Source of the DNA: Eledone cirrhosa
Lineage: Eukaryota
DNA length: 64,000 bases
Direction of reading: 5' to 3'
Assembly (NCBI GenBank): GCA_964016885.1
Contig: OZ024761.1
Span: 14,632,001 to 14,696,000, forward strand
This document shows, one piece after another, positions 24,126 to 37,702 of the stretch. The position numbers and the translations under genes were made by a program. The notes under the pieces are model-generated. The model worked only from the letters and a program-made list of their open reading frames with translations, did not search any database and had not been told where the DNA came from. Position 1 is the stretch's first letter. Each line of letters begins with the position of its first letter.

Positions 24126-25453
24126 CACGCGCAGAGACACACACATACACAGATCAACAGACACAACACACATACGCACACACACAATCGTATTCAATGG
24201 ACAAGGAAATGAGGGTATCTTGTCCTGGCCAGGAAAAAAAGACTAGAGCACAATGTCAATAGTGGATTATTTCATGTTAGTGGTAGTGGTGGCGTGGTGA
24301 TGGTGTTGGTGATGTGGTGGTGGTGGTGTGGTGTTGGTGGTGGTGATGGTGTTAGTGGTGGTTGTGGTGTGGTGGTAGCGTGGTGATGGTGTTGGTGATG
24401 TGGGGGCGTGTGGTGTGGTGTTGATGTTGGTGATGTGGTGTTGGAGTGGTATGGTGCTAGTGATGTGGTGGCGTGATGTTGGTGATGGTAGTGTGGTGAT
24501 GGTATTGTTGGTGGTGATGTGGTTGTGGTGTAGTGGTGTTGATGTGGTAGTGATAGTGGGGTGGTGGTGTCGTGATGGTGATGGTGTGGGTGGTGGTTAT
24601 GTGGTTGTGATGTAGTGGTGTTGTTGATGTGGTAGTGTTAGTGTGGTAGTGGCGTTGTGGTGATGTAAGCTTGTGGTTGTGATGATTGTTGTGGTGGTGG
24701 TCGAGGTGGTTATAGTGGTAGTAGTGGTGGTTTGGGTGAAGGCTGTGATGTGTGCTGGTGGTGGTGGTGAAGGTTGTGATGTGTGCTGGTGGTGGTAGTG
24801 GTGGTGGTGGTGGATGTTGTGATGTGTGCTGGTGGTGGTGGTGGATGTTGTGATGTGTGCTGGTGGTGGTGAAGGTTGTGATGTGTGCTGGTGGTGGTGG
24901 TGGTGGTGAAGGTTGTGATGTGTGCTGGTGGTGGTGGTAGATTTTGTAGGTGTGGTAGATTTGTGGGTGTGGGGGGTGGGGTGAGGTTATTGTGTTGCGT
25001 TGTGTCGATAGAGGGCAGTACAGTGCTGCAGAGGATAGAATTGAAATTGGTTAGGAGGGCGAGATTGTGTTCGATGTTAAGGGTCTAGGCAAGGTAACTG
25101 GTTGGCGGGGGAGTGAAAATTTGATATGACACGCCCGCGGGGGAATAATTGGTGGGGGGGGGGAGTAACGGTGGGTGTGGTGGGGATGTGGACGTGATGA
25201 TGTTTTGTGTTATAGAGTATTGTGCCGTAGCTTTTTTCCCCCGAATATTGCACACACACACACACGCACACACACACACACACGTGTGCGTGCTCCCACA
25301 TCCACCCACACACACACAAATTGACACGTGTGTGTGTGTGTGTGTATTTAATATATATATATATGTATATGTATGTATGTGTGTATGTGTTTGTGTGTGT
25401 GTGTTTCTAAATAAATAATTATATTATGAGAGCGCGTCTGCGTGTTGATATAA

Positions 25454-25517
<64 letters not shown>

Positions 25518-25692
25518 ATGTGTGTGTATGTATGTATGTGTATGTACCTCTGTATATAAATCTGTGTGTGTTTATGTATGTGTGTTTATGTATTTATATA
25601 TATATATGTGTGTGTGTGTGTGTTTATGTATGTATGTGTATGTACCTCTCTATATAAATCTGTGTGTGTTTATGTATGTGTGTTTATGTATT

Positions 25693-25727
<35 letters not shown>

Positions 25728-26044
25728 TTATGTATGTATGTGTTTATGTATATCTCTGTATGCATATATATGCATATATATATGTGTGTGTGTGTGTATA
25801 TATACATATGTGTGTGTGTGTATATATACATATGTGTGTGTGTATATATATATATGTGTGTGTGTGTGTATATATAGATATGTGTGTGTGTGTGTATATA
25901 TACATATGTGTGTGTGTATATATATATATGTGTGTGTGTGTGTGTATATATGTATATATATATATATATGTGTGTGTGTGTATATATGTATATGTGTGTA
26001 TGTATGTATGTATATATGTGTGTGTGTGTATGTATGTATATATA

Positions 26045-26075
<31 letters not shown>

Positions 26076-26321
26076 ATATATGTGTGTGTGTGTGTGTATG
26101 TATGTATATTTATATGTGTGTGTGTAAATGTATATATATATATGTGTGTGTGTGTATATATGTATATATATATATATATGTGTATGTATGTATGTATATA
26201 TGTGTGTGTGTATGTATGTATATATATATATATATATGTGTGTATGTATGTATATATATATATGTGTGTGTGTGTGTATGTATGTATATATATATATATA
26301 TATTTGTGTGTATATATATAG

Positions 26322-26353
<32 letters not shown>

Positions 26354-26502
26354 ATATATATATGTGTGTGTGTGTGTATGTATGTATATATATATGTGTG
26401 TGTGTGTATGTATGTATATATATATATGTGTGTGTGTGTGTATGTATGTATATATATATAATGTGTGTGTGTGTGTATGTATATATATATATATATATAA
26501 TG

Positions 26503-26539
<37 letters not shown>

Positions 26540-27179
26540 ATATATGTGTGTGTGTGTGTGATCCATCACCGCCATTACACTTCCGCTTTTAAATACAATC
26601 CAAACCCTCCATTGTTCGCTCCATCGAACTATCTCCTCCCCCCCACCACACCACACCACATCACCCCACCGCCACACTCATATCGCCGCCGCCACCACCA
26701 CCACCACCACCACCACCATTATTATTATCATCATTATTGTTGTTGTTGTTGTTGTTTTTATTATTATCATTATTACCACCATTATGGTTAATCCACCAAC
26801 CCCTATGGTGCCGCTTTTACCACACAACAACCACACCGCCATCAACACCACCGACACTCCGCCACAGTTATCGCAGTCAACGCCATCACCGTCACCCACA
26901 CCACTCGGCCCGACCCCACTGCTGTTGCACTACTACTACTACTACTACTACTATTACTGCCGCTATTATATTTACACTAGTTCCCCACCACCACCACCAC
27001 TACAGACACACACTGTCCCTGCCACTCGTACCACTACGACACACCACCGCCATCCCTACCACTCCATTTACCACGACACACCACCGTAACAGCCGTTATT
27101 GTCCCACACTAATACACTTTCATCATCATCACAACCCCCCCACCGCAACATTCACAGCACATCCTCCACGCCAAACGCT

Positions 27180-27830
27180 AACATCTCCACCCCAACACTA
27201 TCACCTCCACCCCAACACTATCACCTCCACCCCAACACTATCACCTCCACCCCAACACTATCACCGCCACTCGAACACTATCACCTCCACTCCAGCACTA
27301 TCACCTCCACTCCAGCACTATCACCTCCACTCCAGCACTATCACCTCCACTCTTGCACTATCACCTCCACTCTTGCACTATCACCTCCACCTCTGCACTA
27401 TCACCTCCACTCCTGCACTATCACCTCCACTACTGCACTATCACCTCCACTCCTGCACTATCACCTCCACTACTGCACTATCACCTCCACTACTGCACTA
27501 TCACCTCCACTCCTGCACTATCACCTCCACTCCTGCACTATCACCTCCACTACTGCACTATCACCCCCACCCGAACACTATCACCTCCACTCCAGCACTA
27601 TCACCTCCACTCCAGCACTATCACCTCCACTCTTGCACTATCACCTCCACCCCTGCACTATCACCTCCACTACTGCACTATCACCTCCACCCGAACACTA
27701 TCACCGCCACTCCAGCACTATCACCTCCACTCCTGCACTATCACCTCCACTCCAGCACTATCACCTCCACTCCTGCACTATCACCTCCACTCCAGCACTA
27801 TCACCTCCACTCCAACACTAACATCTCCAC
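27180..27830. repeat. 20-bp minisatellite
   Basis: About 32 copies of tcacctccactcc(a/t)gcacta. Confidence 0.95.
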
Positions 27831-27901
27831 TCCATCACCCCTGCTCGAACACTTGCACTCCACTCCCCCCCCCCCCGCTTGAGTGATTCTGCTATTGCAG
27901 A

Positions 27902-27973
<72 letters not shown>

Positions 27974-28052
27974 AGTATTTCCGAAGAAAAAGCAAAGGGA
28001 AAAAGAGTGCTCTATGTATAAAACAGAGCTATTTAATTAGAGAGTGAACAAC

Positions 28053-28188
28053 ACAATATATAACTACTCCATTACCAAAGGTTTCAGGACCCTAGACAAT
28101 ATTAACATACGTCTCGTTCGCTCATCAGACAGATGCTAACATTGTCTAGGGTCCTGAAACCTTTGGTAATGGAGTAGTTATATATTGT
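28053..28188. mobile_element. Fold-back element with a hammerhead on the minus strand (28068-28133)
   Basis: 48-bp perfect arms at 28053-28100 and 28141-28188. Minus: tctgt-CTGATGA-stem II-GAA-Acc ttt ggT-A-atgga. Confidence 0.65.
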
Positions 28189-28189
28189 T

Positions 28190-28241
<52 letters not shown>

Positions 28242-28433
28242 TCTCTATAATGTAGGAGGTGAGTTTTATTGTAGCAAAATAAATCAATGCTAATATCGGA
28301 TAAGTAGCACTCTACCGTTTGTAGGACTGGAGTATAAATAATATAAGATCAAAAGATGGTTAAAAGAGTACCAAGTATTGATTTAAAACTTCACTATTCA
28401 CAAGTGTTTTTTAAGCTTCATATCATGTCTCCC

Positions 28434-28504
28434 TATTTTATCTGATGAGAACGCAGATATCATTCCATGATGATATTTGTTTTTGAAATGCGCATAATAA
28501 AATA
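28434..28504 (+). ncRNA. Minimal type I hammerhead ribozyme in element 28340-28540
   Basis: tattttat-CTGATGA(28442-28448)-gaac gcagatatca..tgatatttgt tttt-GAA-AtgcgcaT-A-ataaaata. The element ends form a ~40-bp inverted repeat; homolog at 52243. Confidence 0.8.
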
Positions 28505-28534
28505 CTTGGAACTCTTTTAACCATCTTTTGATCT

Positions 28535-28577
<43 letters not shown>

Positions 28578-28614
28578 GTGTGTGTGTGTGTGTGTGAATA
28601 TATATATATATATA

Positions 28615-28731
28615 AAATTTGTTTTGCAAGGTTTTTGATATGAAATCGAGTGTCGAAACAAATATTGTTATACTTGGGGAGGGTCATATCGCCAGAAATA
28701 TTATTACAACAATATGACCCTCCCCAAGTAT

Positions 28732-28773
<42 letters not shown>

Positions 28774-29105
28774 CGTTTCTGAATTTGTTTAGCAAGATTC
28801 TTTATCTGAAAACGTGTGTTGAAACCGATATTGTTATACTTTGGGAGGGTCATGTTGGCAATAAGAAAAACAAGATGACGTAGGAAAGAACAAAGGAGAG
28901 GCTCAAAACAAAGAGAAGAATCCCCCGTCACTGAAGAGGTCACAGAATGTGTGACGAAAGAACTTTGACAATATATGAACAACCGTCCGGTTGTGGAACC
29001 AACCAACCAACCGGAAATTTATAAATTTCTTTAATTTAGAATAAATTCGAGTGAAAGCAACGGGTGCGTGTGTTTCTTATTGGCAACATGACCCTCCCAA
29101 AGTAT

Positions 29106-29110
<5 letters not shown>
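28615..29110. mobile_element. Two fold-back copies of one family (28615-28738, 28771-29110)
   Basis: Inverted arms tgttatactt(t/g)gggagggtcat / atgaccctccc(c/a)aagtataaca in each copy. The second copy contains a hammerhead and AATAAA at 29040. Confidence 0.7.
28927..28969 (+). ncRNA. Minimal type I hammerhead ribozyme candidate
   Basis: gtca-CTGAAGA-g-gtcaca gaatg tgtgac-GAA-AgaacT-T-tgac. There is one extra G before stem II. Confidence 0.7.
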
Positions 29111-29138
<28 letters not shown>

Positions 29139-29142
<4 letters not shown>

Positions 29143-29340
29143 ATAATAATAAATTTGAAGACTAAAATCCAAAGAGGGCTCGATAAGGATTAATATATAT
29201 CAAATATATAAGAGAACCGTAGAGCAAATATTTATTAAAATAACAGGTTAAAGTTTAAGCAAAGAATCGCTGCTTTCACCCTTCAGAAGACCCCGTTAAG
29301 GGTGAAAGCAGTGATTCTTTGCTTAAACTTTAATCTGTTA

Positions 29341-29347
<7 letters not shown>
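29139..29347. mobile_element. Family B fold-back element
   Basis: Near-identical to 14739-14972; CAGAAGA at 29284-29290; (TA)n flanks. Confidence 0.75.
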
Positions 29348-29388
<41 letters not shown>

Positions 29389-29419
29389 CCAGAAAGCTAG
29401 TTATATTAATAAATTCCTT

Positions 29420-30308
29420 CAAATTCTTGGTTATTTTCAAAATAATTTGAAAATCAGACACTGTCTTTCGTTAAAAATGTGGTAACAAAATGGTTAAGCT
29501 GTCTTCCAAACAGTTCTTGATTATTTTCCAAATGATTTGAAAATAATACAGTACCTTTCGTTAGAAATATGGTAGCAAAATGGTTAAGCTATGTTAAAAA
29601 CACAAGCTTAATACAGAGAAAGTTAGTTATATTATTACTAAATCTTGTAATTCTCAATTATTTTCAAAATGATTTGAAAACCACAGAGCATGTTTTTCCT
29701 TAGAAATATGGTAACAAAAGCGTTATGTTCCAAGCAAGCTTCATATGGAGAAAGTTAGTTATATTGAGCGGCAAATTGTCAGATTCGTTAGAACGACGGA
29801 TAGAATGCTTTCTGGTATTCGTTCCGGCTCATTGGTCTCTGAGTTCAAATCCCGCCGAGGTCAATTTTGTCTTCCATCCTTTCGAGGTCGATAAAAAAAA
29901 GTACCAGTCTAGTACTGGGGTCGATTCTTCCTCGATATGTTTTTCTCATTTCCTCGCTTTCACTTTCTATCTTTCTCTGGAAGAAATCTGCTGTATTCAA
30001 TCCTGGAGAAGGATGGGCTCCACCAGGCTTAGAATACTCAAGAAACACCGTATGTGAATACGGCGCCTCTAACGACCCTCTCAGGAGTTACAGGACCATA
30101 CTATACCATACTATAGCTATATGACTAAATTTCTCCAAATTCTTGATTATTTTCAAAGTTACTTGAAAATTATAGACATTTGTCTTTCATTAGCGATATG
30201 GTAACGAAAGGGTTAAGCTATGTTCCAAACAATTCTCGATAATTTTGAAACTGATTTGAAAATTATAGACAGCGTCTTCCGTTAGAAACATGGTAAGGAA
30301 AAGGTTAA
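29420..30308. repeat. Tandem array of five ~90-130-bp units ending in piggyBac-like right ends, split by a SINE
   Basis: Unit ttattttcaaaat..tttgaaaat...ttcgttagaaatatggtaac.aaa.ggttaa ends near 29497, 29587, 29725, 30216 and 30308. Confidence 0.7.
29768..30094 (+). mobile_element. Full-length long-tail SINE
   Basis: Head gcggcaaattgtcag, B-box gagttcaaatccc, shared core, and a distinct ~180-bp tail ending caggagttacagg. Confidence 0.85.
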
Positions 30309-30559
30309 CATCACGAAATGGAGGAAAAGAAAATGTGGCAGATGTTTTCGTGTCTCTAATTTTTCTCTTTTCTTTTTTTTTTTTTAATGGCTAAAAAGAC
30401 TTCCTCTCTTCTGCGACGATAATTGCTTCAGTTTCAACACACGATCCTAAATCAAGTCACTTGCCAAAACCAAGTACAACTTCAAAATCTTTGGTAATCT
30501 TTTGTAAATCTGTCGCATCTCTCTCTCTCTCTCTCGACCTCCTCTCCGTGACAGACGAC

Positions 30560-30630
30560 AAATTGCGAACGACAGGGTGAGATCACGTGACGTCGATATC
30601 TAGTGGAGACGAGACTTCAGCTGACTATCT
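30560..30630. promoter_or_regulatory. Candidate cis-element: overlapping E-box and CRE-like site
   Basis: TCACGTGACGTC at 30583-30594 in a CpG-rich unique patch between (CT)n tracts. Motif evidence only. Confidence 0.3.
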
Positions 30631-30986
30631 TCACCTCTCTCTCTCTTTCTTCTCTCTCTCTCTCTCTCTCTCTCTAAAAAGAGAAAGGGAGGGTATTTTG
30701 CAATTAAAGAAAAGGGCTGCAAGTCGAACTTAGCTGAACTCTCAGCACGACTCATACTCCCCCTTATTGTTATCCAGAAATATTGCCTTTCTACTTCACA
30801 TTCTCTGATTGAACCCCCCCCCCTTCTCTCTCTCTCTCTCTGCCTTATCTCTCTGCCTTATCTCTCTTTCACCGCCTCATCTCTCTTTCACCGCCTCATC
30901 TCTCTCTCTGCCTTATCCCTCTCTCTCTGCCTTATCTCTCTCTCTCTGCTTTATCTCTCTCTCTCTGCTTTATCTCTCTCTCTGCC

Positions 30987-31039
<53 letters not shown>

Positions 31040-32694
31040 ATACATACATACCCACCCTGTCACCTCCCTATCTCTCCATATTTCTCTGTCTAGATATCAC
31101 TCGCTCTATTCCTCTGTTTCTCACCATTGCTCTCACTCTAACCCTCTATCTTTATATATCTTTCCATCTCTCTCTCTTCTCTCTCTCTCTTCTCCTCATC
31201 TCTCTCTCTCTCTTCTCCTCATCCCCGTCTCTCTCTCTCTCTCTCTTCTCATCCCCCTCTCTCTCTCTTATCATCCCCCTCTCTCTCTTCCTCTCTACCT
31301 CATCTCTCTCTCTCTGCCTCATCTCTCTCTCTCTCTCTCTGCCTCATCTCTCTCTCTCTCTCTGCCTCATCTCTCTCTCTCTCTGCCTTATCTCTTTTTC
31401 TCTCTCTCTCTCACCGCCTCATCTCTCTCATCTCTCTCTCTCTACCCTCTCTCACCGCCTCCTCTCTCTCCTCCCTCTCTCTCTCCTCTCTTTTTCTCCT
31501 CCTCCTCTCTCCTCCCTCTCTCTCTCCTCTCTTTTTCTCCTCCTCCTCTCTCTCCCACTTCCCCTCCTCACTACATCACTGTCATCACAAGTTACCATCA
31601 GTAGACAATTCTACCATTTAACAGCCATTTTTCAATTATATCTGATGTCTTCCTTCCAGATCCCCACTGTGGTGGTGATGGCGGCGGTGGTGATGGTGGT
31701 GGTGATGGTGGTGGTGGTGGTGGTGATGGTGGTGGTGGTGGTGGTGGTAGTGGTTGTGGCGGTGGTGGTGGTGGTTGTGATTGTGATGGTGGTAGTAGCT
31801 GTGGTGGTAGTAGTTGCGATGATGGTGTTAATATCGGTGGTAGTATTAATCGTTGATGATAATTGTGGTGTTGTTGGTGGTGGTGGGGTCCTGTTTATGT
31901 GGTGGTGGTGGTGGTGGTGGGCTGGGGGTGGGGCAAAGGAAGTTCATGGATGTTTTTATTTTCCTTCATCGAAGAACGCGACCATGACCATCGCAACCAT
32001 TATACCACCACCACCACCACCACCACCACCATCACAACAACCACCACCATCACAACCGTCATACCACCACCACCACCACCATCACAACAGCCACAACCAT
32101 CACAACCATCATACCACCATCACCACCATCACCACCACAACCACCATCATCACAACAGCCACAACCATCACAACCATCATACCACCACCACCATCACAAC
32201 CATTATACCACCACCACCACCATCACAACAGCCACAACCATCACAACCATCATACCACCACCATCATCATCACAACAGCCACAACCATCACAACCATCAT
32301 ACCACCACCACCACTACCACCACCATCACAACCATCACAACCATCATACCACCACCACCACTACCACCACCATCATCACCATCACAACAACCACCACCAT
32401 CACAACCATCATACCATCACCACCACCATCACAACAACCACCACCATCACAACCACCACCATCACAACCATCACAACAACCACCACCATCACAACCCTCA
32501 TACCACCACCACCACCACCATTGTTTCCCCGGTCCGATTTGACGAAAGTCGAAGGATCCTTGTAATACAAAAGGACCACAAACTCCCCATTTTGTCTCCT
32601 TGTCACGCTGTGACACTGATTCCCCCCACTGCCGTCTCCTTGTCACACAGCCGCCCTCACTACCCACACCACCTCCATGTCCCACAGGTTCACC

Positions 32695-33210
32695 TCAATG
32701 TCACACTCTATCCCCACTCCCCTCAATGTCACACTACCTCCCTCGCTCCCCTCAATGTCACACTACCTCTCCCCACTCCCTTTAATGTCACACTACCTCT
32801 CCCCTCAATGTCACACTACCTCTCCACACTCCCCCCAATGTCACACTACCTCTCCCCACTCCCCCAATGTCACGCTACCTCTCCCCTCAATGTCACACTA
32901 CCTCTCCCCTCAATGTCACACTACCTCTCACCACTCCCTTGAATGTCACACTACCTCTCGCCACTCCCCTCAATGTCACACTACCTCTCCCCACTGCCCC
33001 CAATGTCACACTACCTCTCCCCACTCCCTTTAATGTCACACTACCTCTCCCCTCAATGTCACACTACCTCTCCCCACTCCCTTTAATATCACACTACCTC
33101 TCCCCTCAATGTCACACTACCTCTCCACACTCCCCCCAATGTCACACTACCTCTCCCCACTCCCCCCAATGTCACACTACCTCTCCCCATTCCCCCCAAT
33201 GTCGCACTAC
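32695..33210. repeat. 21/29-bp minisatellite
   Basis: caatgtcacactacctctcccc(actccc) units. Confidence 0.92.
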
Positions 33211-33494
33211 CACCACCACCCTCCATTTCATACTCATGCGATCATGATGATGATGATGATGAATAACAAAAAAAGGTGAACATGATGATGGTGGGGATGA
33301 TAATAATTGAGGGGATGGCGGTGGTGGTTATTATGATGGTGATGGTGGGGATGAAGAAGGTGGGAAAGGTGAAGTTGATGATGATGAAACTGAAGATGGT
33401 GAAGATGAAGAAGAAAAAAAGAAAGAAGTAAAATAGGAGAAAAAAAAACTGTACCAGGCAAGGGCAAGTACTCGTGTCCCACAGCCCTCCTCAC

Positions 33495-36400
33495 CACCAC
33501 CACCACCATGCATTCGATTCTCCCACCGCCAGCACCACCATCCCCACTACTAATACTACCACCACCACCACAACACCACCACAATACCACCACCACCATC
33601 CCCACTACTTCCACCACCACCACAACACCACCACCACCATCCCCACTACTTCCACCACCACAACACCACAACACCACTATCACAACACCACCACAACACC
33701 ACTACCTCCACCACCACCACTACCTCCACCACTACCTCCACCACCACCACCACCACCACCACTACCACCACTACCTCCACCACAACACCACCACCACCAC
33801 CACCACCACCACTACCACCACCACAACACCACTACCTCCACCACAACACCACCACCGCAACACTAATACCTCCACCACCACCACCACAAGACTACTACCC
33901 CCACCACCACCACCATACTACCACAACCACACCACCACTACCTCCACCACCACGACAACACCTCCACCACATACCACTACCTCCACCACAAACCACTACC
34001 TCCACCACAAACCACTACCTCCACCACCACACCACCACTACCACCACCACAACACCACTATCACCACAACACCACCACAACACCACCACCACAACACTAC
34101 TACCTCCACCACCACGACAACACCACTACCTCCACCATCACCACCACCACTACCACCACCACCACAACACCACTACCACCACCACAACACCACTACCTCC
34201 ACCACAACACCACCACCACCACAACACTAATACCTCCACCACCACCACCACAAACCACTACCTCCACCACCACCATCACACCACCACCACCACAACACCA
34301 CTACCACCACCACAACACCACTATCTCCACCACGACCACCACAACACCACTACATCCACCACCACAACACCACTACTACCACCACCACCACCACTACAAC
34401 ACCACTACCTACACAACACTACTACCACCACCACAACACCACTACCTCCACCACCACCACTCCACCACCACAACACCACTACCTCCACCACCACCACCAC
34501 AACACCACTACCTCCACCACCACAACACCACTACCTCCACCACCACCACCACCACAACACCACTACCTCCACCACCACAACACCACTACCTCCACCACCA
34601 CAACACCACTACCTCCACCACCACCACCACAACACCACTACCTCCACCACCACAACACCACTACCTCCACCACCACACCACCACTACCACCACCACAACA
34701 CCACTATCACCACAACACCACCACAACACCACCACCACAACACTACTACCTCCACCACCACGACAACACCACTACCTCCACCATCACCACCACCACTACC
34801 ACCACAACACCACTACCACCACCACAACACCACTACCTCCACCACAACACCACCACCACCACAACACTAATACCTCCACCACCACCACCACAAACCACTA
34901 CCTCCACCACCACCATCACACCACCACCACCACAACACCACTACCACCACCACAACACCACTATCTCCACCACGACCACCACAACACCACTACATCCACC
35001 ACCACAACACCACTACTACCACCACCACCACCACTACAACACCACTACCTACACAACACTACTACCACCACCACAACACCACTACCTCCACCACCACCAC
35101 CACTACCTCCACCACCACCACTCCACCACCACAACACCACTACCTCCACCACCACCACCACAACACCACTACCTCCACCACCACAACACCACTACCTCCA
35201 CCACCACCACCACCACAACACCACTACCTCCACCACCACAACACCACTACCTCCACCACCACAACACCACTACCTCCACCACCACAACACCACTACCTCC
35301 ACCACCACCACCACAACACCACTACCTCCACCACCACAACACCACTACCTCCACCACCACAACACCACTACCTCCACCACCACTACCACAACACCACTAC
35401 CACCACCACCACAACACCATCACCACCACCACCACCACCACCACCACCACCACAACACCACTACCACCACCACAAATACGATTCTTCCACCACCGCGCTT
35501 CTTTTTCGCTCCATTGACAAAAAAAAAAAGTAACAAAAAACCCCCCAAAACAAACAACATGTCAATTGAACAATGGTGTTAGGAGGGCAGAGAACACAGC
35601 TGACACAGCAGAGCCTGGAACCTGGGAGTTGACGGCGGCTCACAACTGGACATATCATAGTTTTACGACTGAATGGACTTTACGTGGTTTGTGATGGACG
35701 AGAAGGACAGTGAGGTGGTTGGTTGGTTGGTTGGTGGTGTTGGTTGGTGGTTGGTGGTAGTGGTGGTGGTGTTGTTGGTTGTTGGTAGTGGTGGTTGGTT
35801 GTTGGTTGGTGGTGGTGGTGGTGGTGGTGTTGGTTGGTTGGTGGTGGTTGGTGGTGGTAGTGGTGGTTGGTGTTGGGTGGTGGTTGATGGTGGTGGTGGT
35901 GGTTGTTGGTTGGTGGTGGTGGTAGTGGTGGTTGTTGGTTGGTGGTGGTTGTTGGTGGGTGGTGATGGTGGGTGGTGGTGGTGGTGGTGGTGGTTGGTGG
36001 TGGTAGTGGTGGTTGTTGGTTGGTGGTGGTGGTTGTTGGTTGGTGGTGGTGGTGTTGGTTGGTGGTGGTGGTGTTGGTTGGTGGTTGGTGGTGTTGGTGG
36101 TGGTGGTTGGTAGTGGTGGTAGTGTTGGTTGGTGGTGGTTGGTGGTGGTTGTTGGTTGGTGGTGGTGGTTGGTGGTGGTTGTTGGTTGGTGGTGGTGGTG
36201 GTGGTGGTGTTGGTTGGTTGTTGGTGGTGGTGGTGGTGGTGTTGGGTGGTGGTTGTTGGTTGGTGGTGGTGGTGGTGGTGTTGGTTGGTGGTGGTAGTGG
36301 TGGTTGGTGGTGGTGGTGGTGTTGGTTGGTGGTGGTAGTGGTGGTTGTTGGTTGGTGGTGGTGGTAGTGGTGCTGTTGGGTGGTGGTGGTGTTAGTTGGT

Positions 36401-36510
36401 GGTTGGTGGTGGTAGTGGTGGCTGTTGGTTGGTGGTGGTGGTGTTGGTAGATGGTGGTGTTGCTGGTTGGTGGTGGTTGTTGGGTGGTGGTGGTGGTGGT
36501 GGTGGTAGTA
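33495..36510. repeat. (CCA)n-derived tract with a ~650-bp internal tandem duplication, then an opposed (GGT)n tract
   Basis: Variant pattern at ~34035-34680 is repeated at ~34681-35330. The GGT/GGTT tract spans 35715-36510. Confidence 0.85.
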
Positions 36511-36829
36511 GTGATGTGGCTGAGGAGGGTGGAAGGGCTGGAAGAGGAACAATGCAATGATCACAGTGAAGATATTGAGATGGGGAGGGGGGATTATCGA
36601 ACGATTCGTTATGTAAATAAGTGTCACATATATGCACACACACACACACATATATATACAACTATATATATATATATATACACACGCACACACACACATA
36701 TATATATATACAACTATATATATATATATAAATATATAAATATATATAACTAAATATATATATATATATAACTAAATATATATATATATATATATATACA
36801 CACCCACACATACACACACATGTATATAT

Positions 36830-36924
36830 ATATTGTCGCTCAAAAATGTATACATACTTTGATTACCTGTACTAGCAATATTTATTAGAATGGTGTTGAA
36901 GTGTGTATACATTTTTGAGGACAC

Positions 36925-36928
<4 letters not shown>
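36830..36928. mobile_element. Small Tc1/mariner-type MITE (degraded)
   Basis: ctcaaaaatgtatacatacttt / aagtgtgtatacatttttgag inverted pair; homologous to 44917-44991. Confidence 0.6.
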
Positions 36929-36987
<59 letters not shown>

Positions 36988-36990
<3 letters not shown>

Positions 36991-37492
36991 CAAAATTTCA
37001 AAGCCATCCGTGCTGATCGCGCTGGCAGAAGAAAGGGCGGAACTGCCATTTATGTCCATAATTCTTTCTCAACAGAGGCTATGAACATATTCACTAATGG
37101 ATACTGTGAAGCAGTCACTGTATTCAGTCAAACCAACAACCTATTAGTAGTTGGGCTCTATAGGCCACCCCAAACGCCTGTACCATGCTTCAAGGAATGC
37201 CTCAACAGCATAAAGTGTTTCATCCAAGAGTGTCACCCTGACAACATCTTAATGATGGGGGACTTCAACCTCCCCGGAGTTGACTGGTCCACAAACAGCC
37301 TGCCACCAGGTTCTTCTGCCTCAACCTCTGACAGGGAAGCAGTGGAATCGCTTCTTGACTTCATGGATGATTTCTTCCTATCCCAACTGGTGCTCGAACC
37401 AACGAGGTGCCACAAAAACGTCCTAGACTTAATTTTCAGCAATCACACTGACAATATCCACAATATTGCAGTGGAGAAAACTCTACTCTCTG
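36988..37492 (+). pseudogene. AP-endonuclease domain fragment of a CR1/L2-type LINE
   Basis: Uninterrupted frame: RADRAGRRKGGTAIYV, LYRPP, MGDFNLPGVDW, SQLVLEPTR, LDLIFSN. It breaks off at the expected SDH motif. Confidence 0.9.
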
Positions 37493-37659
37493 AAAACTCT
37501 ACCGTACTAAGAGTGGGAAATGAAATTTCGTTTCAATTTTTCCGTTTATCGTTTTCGGTGCACTCGGCCGATTAACCCACTCGATATGCAAATTGAGCTA
37601 CTCAGCCGTTAATATGCATAAGGTAAGTATATACGTTCAACAATCTGGCAGGAAGGTAT

Positions 37660-37702
37660 ACGTTGCTGACGATAGCTAATAGGCTTGAAACTGGTACAGC
37701 GT
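37660..37702 (+). ncRNA. Minimal type I hammerhead ribozyme candidate
   Basis: acgttg-CTGACGA(37666-37672)-t agct aata ggct t-GAA-ActggT-A-cagcgt. Distal pairing gttcaaca / tgttgaac; AATAAA near 37795. Confidence 0.7.
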
